Positions 56,669 through 64,000 of a stretch of 64,000 nucleotides of DNA are shown here, one piece after another. Below the pieces are notes generated by a model. That model did not search any database. It had not been told where the DNA came from and worked only from the letters and a program-made list of their open reading frames with translations. A program made the translations under genes and the position numbers. Source of the DNA: Candidatus Limnocylindrales bacterium (lineage in GTDB: Bacteria > Chloroflexota > Limnocylindria > Limnocylindrales > CSP1-4); NCBI GenBank assembly GCA_035248345.1, contig DATFHO010000101.1, positions 80,407 to 144,406 on the forward strand, in the 5' to 3' direction. Position 1 is the stretch's first letter. Every line of letters starts with the position of its first letter.

Positions 56669-57967
56669 TCAGCCCGGATCCCGCGGGAAGAACCTGGGCA
56701 GATGGCCGCGATTGGCCTCGAGCAGAGCGGGCAGCAGCGGCTCTGCGATGGACCACCGGGCGACGAGCGGGTTCGCGAGCAGTGCCTGCATCGCGATGCC
56801 CCGATCCCCGGAGCGGGCGGCCGCCACCGCAAGCTCCTCGTACGCCTTCATCGACTGGACGAGGCCGCGCATGCCCGGCTGGAGCGCTTCCTGGGGCATG
56901 ATCTCGGCGCCGTCGCGCGTGATGCGCGCGGGCACTTCGACGACCGCGTGGTCGGGCAGCTCCGGGAGGGCGCGGGCGCCCGTCCCGTCACCGTTGCGGA
57001 TGTCGACGACCTGGACATCGCCCCGCCCATCGTGGAGCGACGCGATCAGCTGCGCGGCCGCCTCGGAGTAGAAGGCGCCGCCGCGGCGCTCGAGGAGCTT
57101 CGGCTTCTCGTCGAGATTGGGGTTCCGGTACATGTCGAGGAGCTCGCCTTCGATGTCCATGACCTGCGATGCGCGCGTCTCGGCGCCCTCGAGCTGGTCG
57201 TGGAGCACCTTGTCGAAGGCGTAGTAGTACTTGAGGTAGTAGCTCGGGATCGAGCGCGTGAGCCGGATCAGGTCCGCGGACGTGCCGACGTCCTGCGCCA
57301 GCGCATCGGCATGCAGCTCGAGGATGTTCGGCAGGCGGTCCTCACCGTCGACCTTGACCGAGCGGATCCACGACAGGTGGTTGAGCCCGACGTGGCCCAG
57401 CTCCACCCGCTCGGGCTCGACGTGGTTTCGCTCCGCGAACCGCCGCTGGAACCCGATCGCCACGTTGCACAGCCCGATCGCGCGGTGGCCGTCGTCGAGC
57501 AGGGCCTGGGTGACGATGCCGACCGGGTTCGTGAAATCCACGATCCAGGCGCCGGGCGCCGCGCGGCGGGCCGTCCGCTCCGCGATGTCGAGCACGACCG
57601 GCACCGTGCGGAGCGCCTTGGCGAACCCGCCTGCGCCCGTTGTCTCCTGGCCGATCGTGCCGAACTTCGGCGGCAGCGTCTCGTCGACGAGGCGTGCGGC
57701 CTGCCCGCCAACGCGGAGCTGGATGAGCACGAAGCTCGCGCCGTCGATGGCGGCGTCGGTGTCACTGGTCAGCGTCAGCCGGCCGGGCCAGCCGAGGCGC
57801 CGGAGCATCCGGCTCGCGAGTCCACCGACGATCTCGAGCCGCTCGGGGTCGATATCGAGGAGGACGAGCTCGTCGACCGGAAGTCGATCCGAGCGCCGTG
57901 CGATCCCTTCGATCAGCTCAGGCGTGTACGTGCTGCCGCCGCCGACCACCGCGAGCTTCACGCCCAA
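56669..57967 (-). CDS. Glycoside hydrolase family 4 (6-phospho-glucosidase, CelF/ChbF-like)
   Basis: N-terminal NAD Rossmann KLAVVGGGSTYTPEL, FTNPVGIVTQAL, and GLCNVAIG with the catalytic Cys. TTG start at 57967; GTG at 57961 is an alternative. Confidence 0.8.
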   Translation of the reverse strand: MGVKLAVVGGGSTYTPELIEGIARRSDRLPVDELVLLDIDPERLEIVGGLASRMLRRLGWPGRLTLTSDTDAAIDGASFVLIQLRVGGQAARLVDETLPPKFGTIGQETTGAGGFAKALRTVPVVLDIAERTARRAAPGAWIVDFTNPVGIVTQALLDDGHRAIGLCNVAIGFQRRFAERNHVEPERVELGHVGLNHLSWIRSVKVDGEDRLPNILELHADALAQDVGTSADLIRLTRSIPSYYLKYYYAFDKVLHDQLEGAETRASQVMDIEGELLDMYRNPNLDEKPKLLERRGGAFYSEAAAQLIASLHDGRGDVQVVDIRNGDGTGARALPELPDHAVVEVPARITRDGAEIMPQEALQPGMRGLVQSMKAYEELAVAAARSGDRGIAMQALLANPLVARWSIAEPLLPALLEANRGHLPRFFPRDPG

Positions 57968-58067
57968 TCGCCGCCTCGCTTTCCCGTCTTGACATCGGGT
58001 CGATTGCTTATAACGTTATCAACTCTCGCGCGGGAAACAAGGGGCTACTGGAGGAGACCGGCGACCC

Positions 58068-58853
58068 GTGGCGCGCTACCGGCTGGAGCTGGGTCCTGTT
58101 CCGCTGCACCACCAGGTCTACCTCGACCTGCGCGCGGCGATGGACTCGGGTGAGCACCCGGTCGGCGACCGGCTGCCTCCCGAGCGCGAGCTCGCGCGCC
58201 GCTACGGCTGCAGCCTGATCACGGTCCGCCGCGCGCTCGACGAGCTGTCACGCGAGGGCCGGCTCCAGCGCCACCAGGGCCGCGGCACGTTCGTGCTCCC
58301 GCCCCGGCTGGATCGCGACATCGGCGCGGCGCTCTCCTTCACCGACGAGATGCAGCGGCGTGGCCTCGATCCGGAGACGCGGCTCGTCGCGGCGCGTCCC
58401 GAAGCCGCGGTGGAGTCCGTAGCCGCCGCGCTGGCGCTGGAGATCGGCTCCCCCACGCTGTACCTCGAACGGCTCCGCCTCGCCGGCGGCGAGCCTCTGC
58501 TGCTCGAGATGGTCCACCTGCCTGCGGAGCGGTTCCCGGGCCTGCTGGCCAGCGACCTCGAGCACGACTCGCTCTACGACGTCCTCACCGAGCGGTACGG
58601 AACGCCGGTGGTTCGCGCCCGGGAGGCGCTCGAGCCGGTGCTCCTCCCGGCCCGCGAAGCACGCCTCCTCGGGCTCGAACCGCGGAGTCTCGCGCTGCTC
58701 GTGGAGGGCGTCGCATTCACCCGGGATGACACACCCGTCGAGTTCGGGCGGACGTTCGTCCGTGGGGATCGGACTCGGTATTACGTCGAACGGGTCCACG
58801 TCCGGTCCGGCATGAGCCGGGTCCGGGAAGCAGGGCCGGCGCTCGCCGGCTGA
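58068..58853 (+). CDS. GntR/HutC-family transcriptional regulator (wHTH + UTRA effector domain)
   Basis: GntR HTH (LPPERELARRYGCSLITVRRALDELSREGRL) and a UTRA-like C-terminal domain. DasR/NagR-type architecture. Confidence 0.8.
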   Translation: MARYRLELGPVPLHHQVYLDLRAAMDSGEHPVGDRLPPERELARRYGCSLITVRRALDELSREGRLQRHQGRGTFVLPPRLDRDIGAALSFTDEMQRRGLDPETRLVAARPEAAVESVAAALALEIGSPTLYLERLRLAGGEPLLLEMVHLPAERFPGLLASDLEHDSLYDVLTERYGTPVVRAREALEPVLLPAREARLLGLEPRSLALLVEGVAFTRDDTPVEFGRTFVRGDRTRYYVERVHVRSGMSRVREAGPALAG

Positions 58854-58869
58854 TCGAGAGGAGGCGCTC

Positions 58870-60327
58870 GTGCACTCGAGATCCCGCATCACGGGGCTGC
58901 TGGCGACGATGGCGATCGTCGCCTCGGCTTGCAGTGGCAACACTGCGTCACCCGCTGCGACGGGCAGCGGCGCGACCCAGCCCGCGGCGACGACCGCCGC
59001 GACCCAGGCGGCGGAAGCCACGCTCACGCCGTTCTCGTTCCCGCCTGCGGACCTGCGCTGGTACTGCTGCCTCGGCACGGGTCAGGACGCGACGCAGGTG
59101 CCGGTCGAGAACCAGGTCGCCGCCGACTTCTCCAAGAAGGCGCCGGGCAGCACCCTCAAGTTCGAGGCGGTGACGTACGACCAGGCGCGCGACACGCTGT
59201 CGACGCAGCTCGGCGGCGGGAACGCACCGGACATCGTCGGCCCGAACGGCTTCGGCGGGTTCAACGCCTTCGAAGGCCAGTGGCTCGACCTCGCGCCGTA
59301 CATCGCGAAGTCGAACTACGACCTGACCCAGTTCGACCAGTCGACCGTGGACTTCTACAAGTCGGCGGATGGCCAGATCGGCATCCCGTTCGACGTCTAC
59401 CCCTCGGTCCTTTGGTACAAGAAGGACATGTTCACGGAGGCCGGCCTCGCCGAGCCCCCGCACAAGTACGGCGACAAGTACACGATGCCGGACGGCTCCC
59501 AGGTCGAGTGGAACTACGACACGCTCAAGCAGATCGCGCTCATCCTGACCGTCGACAAGAACGGCAAGGACGCGACCCAGGCAGGGTTCGACCCCAAGAA
59601 CGTCGTCCAGTACGGCTTCGAGCCGCAGCGCGATGACCTTCGCGGGCTGGCGGCCTACTGGGCGCCGGGCAGCCTCGTCGGCTCCGACGGCAAGACGGTC
59701 ACGATCCCCGACGCCTGGAAGGTGGCGTGGAAGTACTTCTACGACGGCATGTGGACCGACCACTTCATCATGACCGACGCGGTCTTCCAGTCCGACAAGT
59801 TCGGAGGCGGTGAGTACGCGTTCTTCTCGGGCAACGTGGCCATGAGCGAGAACTTCCTCTGGACCACGTACGGCGTCGCAAATGCAGGCACCGATTGGGA
59901 CCTCGCTGCGATCCCGGCCTACAACGGCGTCGCGACCGCCCCGCTCAATGCGGATTCGTTCGCGATCCCGAAGCACTCGAAGAACCCGGACACGGCGTTC
60001 GCGGCGCTCACGTACCTGCTGGGCGATGCGTCGGACACGCTGCTCAACATCTATGGCGGCATGCCCGCCCGACCCGACAAGCAGGACGCCTTCCTGGCGC
60101 AGCTCGGCAAGTCCGAGGGCTTCCCGGCCAAGGTGGACTGGCAGGTCGCGAAGGACAGCCTGTCGCACGCGGACATCCCGAACTTCGAGTCCCCGATGCC
60201 GCAGTACAACAAGACCCTCGACATCCTGATCAAGTACCGGACCAAGTGGACGACCACGCCGGGCCTGAACATGGACGCCGAGTTCGATGCCATGGCGGCG
60301 GAGATCCAGGCAGCCTGGAACAGCTGA
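58870..60327 (+). CDS. ABC transporter substrate-binding lipoprotein (solute-binding family 1, oligosaccharide type)
   Basis: Lipobox IVASACSGN. SBP_bac_1 pattern. GAGAGGAGG RBS 7 nt upstream of the GTG. Confidence 0.8.
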   Translation: MHSRSRITGLLATMAIVASACSGNTASPAATGSGATQPAATTAATQAAEATLTPFSFPPADLRWYCCLGTGQDATQVPVENQVAADFSKKAPGSTLKFEAVTYDQARDTLSTQLGGGNAPDIVGPNGFGGFNAFEGQWLDLAPYIAKSNYDLTQFDQSTVDFYKSADGQIGIPFDVYPSVLWYKKDMFTEAGLAEPPHKYGDKYTMPDGSQVEWNYDTLKQIALILTVDKNGKDATQAGFDPKNVVQYGFEPQRDDLRGLAAYWAPGSLVGSDGKTVTIPDAWKVAWKYFYDGMWTDHFIMTDAVFQSDKFGGGEYAFFSGNVAMSENFLWTTYGVANAGTDWDLAAIPAYNGVATAPLNADSFAIPKHSKNPDTAFAALTYLLGDASDTLLNIYGGMPARPDKQDAFLAQLGKSEGFPAKVDWQVAKDSLSHADIPNFESPMPQYNKTLDILIKYRTKWTTTPGLNMDAEFDAMAAEIQAAWNS

Positions 60328-60454
60328 CCTGACCTCGCTCCTCCTCGCAGCGGGCGGCCCGCGATGACCTCGGGGCCGCCCGCTCGCTTCCTTCCTCGCT
60401 TTCCTTTTCGCCCGCTCCCCGCCCACCGCACCGACTGAACACAGGAGCCGACGG

Positions 60455-61447
60455 TTGGACCACGTCCCGGCGATGCTCGGTCCCAGCGCCACCACTGCCG
60501 TCCGGCCGGCCCGCACTCGGCGATTCGGCCGGCCGCATTGGCCGAAGCTGTCGCCGCTCGCACGTCGCGAGGCGCGGCTCGGCTACCTCTACATCTCGCC
60601 CTGGATCATCGGGTTCGTCGCCTTCACGGCGCTGCCGATGCTGGCGACGTTCGGCTTCACCTTCCTCAACCTCACGCTGGCGCAGAAGGAGCCGCTGCAG
60701 TTCGTCGGGCTCGACAACTACGCCCGCCTGGCGAAGGACGGCCAGGTCTGGGAATCGCTGTCGGTCACGTTGCGGTTCGCGCTCCTGTGGCTGCCCATCT
60801 CGATCATCGTCCCGTTCCTGGTCGCGCTCGGCCTCAACAGCAAGCTGCTGAAGGGCGCCGCGATCATGCGGAGCCTGTTCTTCCTGCCGTACGTCGTGCC
60901 CTTCGTGGCCGGCGTGCTGGTCTGGGAGCAGATGCTGTCAGATAGCGGCTGGCTGAACGGCGTCCTCCGGCTCGTCGGCATCTCCGACCCCCCGTCCTGG
61001 CTGTTCAGCCAGACGTTCATCTACCCGGCCCTGGTCGCGATCGGGATCTGGGGCATCGGCGCCGGGATCGTGATCAATCTCGCCGGCCTGCGCGGCATCC
61101 CGACGGAGCTCTACGAGGCCGCCCGGATCGATGGCGCGGGCGCGTGGGCCCAGCTGCGGAACGTGACGATCCCGATGATGTCGCCGATTCTCTTCTACAC
61201 GCTGATCCTCGGCGTCGTCGATGTCCTCCAGTACTTCCTCGTGCCGCTGGTCCTCAAGAACGGGACCGGCGAGCCGGGTGGGCAGACGCTCTTCTACAAC
61301 CTCTACCTCTACAAGACGTTCTTCACGTACCAGGAGCTGTCGTACGGGGCGACGCTCGCCTGGCTCCTGTTCGCGATCACGCTCGTGATCACGCTGCTGC
61401 TCTTCGCGCTCAGCCGGCGCTGGGTCTACTACGCGGGCGAGCGATGA
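60455..61447 (+). CDS. Carbohydrate ABC transporter permease (MalF/UgpA-type)
   Basis: EAA loop region (AARIDGAGAWAQLRNVTIP), 6 TM. TTG start with AGGAG 8 nt upstream; an internal ATG lies at 60473. Confidence 0.8.
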   Translation: MDHVPAMLGPSATTAVRPARTRRFGRPHWPKLSPLARREARLGYLYISPWIIGFVAFTALPMLATFGFTFLNLTLAQKEPLQFVGLDNYARLAKDGQVWESLSVTLRFALLWLPISIIVPFLVALGLNSKLLKGAAIMRSLFFLPYVVPFVAGVLVWEQMLSDSGWLNGVLRLVGISDPPSWLFSQTFIYPALVAIGIWGIGAGIVINLAGLRGIPTELYEAARIDGAGAWAQLRNVTIPMMSPILFYTLILGVVDVLQYFLVPLVLKNGTGEPGGQTLFYNLYLYKTFFTYQELSYGATLAWLLFAITLVITLLLFALSRRWVYYAGER

Positions 61448-62538
61448 GCGCCGGGAGCGTCATGCGCGAAAGCGCCGGCTCGACCCCACCGCGGCGGAAC
61501 CGCGTGCGCCGGTCGGCTGCGGAATGGACGCGGATGGGCGTCCTCACGTCCCTGTTCGTGGCCATCCTCATCGCGTTCCTCTCCCCGCTCGCCTACAGCT
61601 TCATCGTCTCCCTCAAGACGCCGGACCAGATCACCGCGCCGAACGCGCCGATCCTCCCGTCCGACCCTGCGACGTACGACTACAACGGCAAGACGGTCAA
61701 TGTCTACAACGTCCCGATGCCCGACGGCTCGATCCGCCAGCTGGCGATCATCAAGCCCGGCCGGACGCAAAGCGACTTCATCGATCCCGCGAACCCCAGC
61801 GCGCCGCCGATCACATGGCAGGGCTCGTGGCGCACGCTGACGCAGCCGTGGCAGGTGGCGCCCCACCCGGAGAACTACTCGACGGTCTGGGACCTCATCA
61901 ACTTCCCCCTGCTGCTGCGGAACACGATCCTGCTGTCGGCGATCGGGACGTTCGGGACGGTGCTGTCGTGCACGCTCGTCGCGTACGGCTTCGCCCGCTT
62001 CCGCTTTCCGGGCCGGGGCCTGCTGTTCACCATCCTCCTCGCGACGATCTTCCTGCCGGGGGCGGTCACCCTCATCCCGACATACGCGATCTTCAACAAG
62101 ATCGGCTGGGTCGGCACGTGGCTGCCGTTGCTCGTGCCCACGTTCTTCGCGAACGCCTACGACGTCTTCCTGTTGCGCCAGTACCTCATGACGATCCCGC
62201 GCGACCTCGACGAGGCCGCGGCGATCGACGGCGCGGGCTCGTTCCGGATCCTCCGGTCGGTCATCCTGCCGCAGGCGTGGCCGGTGCTGGTCGCGGTGTT
62301 CATCTTCAGCTTCGTGTACTCGTGGAACGATTTCTTCGGGCCGCTCATCTACCTCGCCGGGCATGCGGATCTCGTGCCGCTGCAGGTTGGACTGGCGTCG
62401 TTCCATGGCATCTACTACACGAACCCGGCCTACATCCAGGCCGGCAACCTCATGACGCTGCTCATCCCGGTGCTCCTGTTCGTGATCTTCCAGCGCGTCT
62501 TCATCCGCGGCGTCGTGATCACCGGCGTCGAGAAATAG
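61444..62538 (+). CDS. Carbohydrate ABC transporter permease (MalG/UgpE-type)
   Basis: EAA loop AAAIDGAGSFRILRSVILP. ATGA overlap with the preceding permease. Confidence 0.8.
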   Translation: MSAGSVMRESAGSTPPRRNRVRRSAAEWTRMGVLTSLFVAILIAFLSPLAYSFIVSLKTPDQITAPNAPILPSDPATYDYNGKTVNVYNVPMPDGSIRQLAIIKPGRTQSDFIDPANPSAPPITWQGSWRTLTQPWQVAPHPENYSTVWDLINFPLLLRNTILLSAIGTFGTVLSCTLVAYGFARFRFPGRGLLFTILLATIFLPGAVTLIPTYAIFNKIGWVGTWLPLLVPTFFANAYDVFLLRQYLMTIPRDLDEAAAIDGAGSFRILRSVILPQAWPVLVAVFIFSFVYSWNDFFGPLIYLAGHADLVPLQVGLASFHGIYYTNPAYIQAGNLMTLLIPVLLFVIFQRVFIRGVVITGVEK

Positions 62539-62554
62539 GCGTAGGGTCGACGCC

Positions 62555-63211
62555 GTGACAGCCGCCGACTCCCCCTTCCGCGTCGCCCTGACCTTCGATG
62601 CCGAGCATCCGGACCGGCCGGCGCGGCTCGGCAACGACGCGCGGCTGCTCAACGCGCTGCAGCATGCCGACGTGCGGGCCACGGTCTTCATCCAGGGCCG
62701 CTGGGCCGAGGCGCACCCCGAGGTCGCGCGGCGCGTCGCGACGGACGGCCACCTCGTGGGCCACCACTCGCACTACCACGTCCGGATGATCGGCCTGAGC
62801 GCGCACGGGCTGCAGAGCGACATCGCCCGCGGCGAGGAAGCCATCCTCGAGGCGACCGGGGTCGATCCGCATCCGTGGTTCCGCTGCCCGTTCGGCTCCG
62901 GAGACAACGATCCCCGGGTGCAGCGCGCCATCCGCTGGGCCGGCTACCGGCACGTGGGCTGGAACGTCGCCGGCATCGACTGGGAGTCCGATCGAACGGC
63001 CCGCGATGTGGAGAACACGGTCGTCGACGCGTCGGTCGCGCACGGGGACGGCGCGGTCGTCCTGCTCCACAGCTGGCCGGACCAGTCCGTCGGCGCGGTG
63101 GCGGGGATCGTGCGGCGGCTTCGCGCACGCGGCGCCACCTTCGTGACCGTCGACGAGCTCCCGGTTCGATCCGTCCCCCGGCGGGACGTCTCGGTCGGCA
63201 TCGAGGCGTGA
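62555..63211 (+). CDS. Polysaccharide deacetylase (NodB-homology, CE4) family protein
   Basis: ALTFDAEHPDR (the metal-binding Asp motif region) and HSHYH (His-His). GTG start. Confidence 0.7.
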   Translation: MTAADSPFRVALTFDAEHPDRPARLGNDARLLNALQHADVRATVFIQGRWAEAHPEVARRVATDGHLVGHHSHYHVRMIGLSAHGLQSDIARGEEAILEATGVDPHPWFRCPFGSGDNDPRVQRAIRWAGYRHVGWNVAGIDWESDRTARDVENTVVDASVAHGDGAVVLLHSWPDQSVGAVAGIVRRLRARGATFVTVDELPVRSVPRRDVSVGIEA

Positions 63212-64000
63212 CGACCGCCGCGGTCCTCGCCGTCGACGGCGGCAACTCCAAGGCCGACGTTGCCCTCGTTGCCGCCGACGGAACGCTCCTCGCCGCGATC
63301 CACGGCCCCTCGATCTCCCATCAGGCTGTCGGGCTCGAGGCCGGGATGGCGAACCTGCTCGGGATCGCGAGGCAGGCAGCCGTGGCCGCCGGGTTTCCGG
63401 CGGACCAGCCGCCCTTCGCCGAGGCGGGCATGTACTGCCTCGCCGGCGCGGACTATCCCGAGGACGTCCACCTCCTGGCGCGATCCATCGGGGCGCTCGG
63501 ACTGACCGCGCAGCTCGACGTCCGGAACGACACGCTCGGTGCGCTGCGTGCCGGCACGCACCGGCCGTGGGGCGTGGCGCTGATCTGCGGCCGCGGCGTG
63601 AACGGCGCCGGTGTGGCGCCGGGCGGTCGCACGATCCGGTTCGACGGCGTCGGGACGTACAGCGGCGACTGGGGCGGTGGCGGCGGCATCGGGCTGGCAG
63701 CCATCGCCGCCGCGGTTCGGAGCCGGGACGGGCGCGGCCCGTGGACCCGCCTCGAGGCCAGCGTGCCCGCCTTCTTCGGCGTCGCCTCGCCGCCGGAGCT
63801 GACGAAGGGCCTGTACCTCCAGCAGCTCTCGGAGCATCGGATCACGGAGCTCGCGCCACTCGTGTTCCAGGCGGCTGCGGACGGTGACGAGGTCGCGCGC
63901 GGGATCCTCGACCGCCTCGCGGACGAGCTCATCGCCATGGCGGGCGCGCTCGTTCGCCGGCTCGGGCTGGAGCTGCTGGAGCCAGAGGTCGTGCTCGCCG
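63208..64000 (+). CDS. BadF/BadG/BcrA/BcrD-type ATPase (N-acetylglucosamine-kinase-like), 3'-truncated by the window edge
   Basis: LAVDGGNSKADVAL is the ASKHA N-terminal phosphate loop. GTG start overlaps the deacetylase stop (GTGA). The ORF is still open at 64000. Confidence 0.65.
   Translation, partial: MTTAAVLAVDGGNSKADVALVAADGTLLAAIHGPSISHQAVGLEAGMANLLGIARQAAVAAGFPADQPPFAEAGMYCLAGADYPEDVHLLARSIGALGLTAQLDVRNDTLGALRAGTHRPWGVALICGRGVNGAGVAPGGRTIRFDGVGTYSGDWGGGGGIGLAAIAAAVRSRDGRGPWTRLEASVPAFFGVASPPELTKGLYLQQLSEHRITELAPLVFQAAADGDEVARGILDRLADELIAMAGALVRRLGLELLEPEVVLA

Overview
This is a ~72% GC, densely coded window. Many gene pairs have overlapping start/stop codons (GTGA/ATGA), and GTG/TTG starts are frequent. 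That style fits a high-GC Gram-positive-like or Chloroflexi-like chromosome, but the lineage cannot be fixed from sequence alone. I call about 60 CDS plus one tRNA-Asn(GTT).

Blocks, in order:
- Housekeeping genes (GNAT/Eis-like C-terminus, msrB, tRNA-Asn, rhodanese).
- The conserved rpoD-dnaG pair, where the principal sigma factor carries a long insertion between regions 1.2 and 2.1.
- A four-gene putative cyclic-amide catabolic operon (SDR, AroM, DapA-like, cyclic amidohydrolase).
- A class II UvrA.
- A complete xylose regulon: xylA-xylB and divergent mutarotase, xylFHG-type ABC transporter with a half-size ATPase, ROK XylR.
- A redox gene neighbourhood I consider the most interesting part: an RnfD/NqrB-like membrane protein with extra C-terminal domain, an AhpD-like protein, then a translationally coupled small TM protein, ApbE flavin transferase, ferric-reductase-like heme membrane protein, NuoF-like flavoprotein and a 3Fe-4S-type ferredoxin.
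- A ferredoxin-domain::adenylyl-cyclase fusion gene just downstream of a large AAA-LuxR (LAL) regulator, overlapping it by 1 nt.
- A MerR-VWA pair.
- A GH4 / GntR / CUT1-ABC / NodB-deacetylase / BadF-kinase sugar locus that looks like a non-PTS analogue of a chitobiose (chb) system.

No CRISPR array, integrase, transposase or obvious phage genes were seen. All functional calls come from reading the translated ORFs and recognising motifs; nothing was searched against a database.
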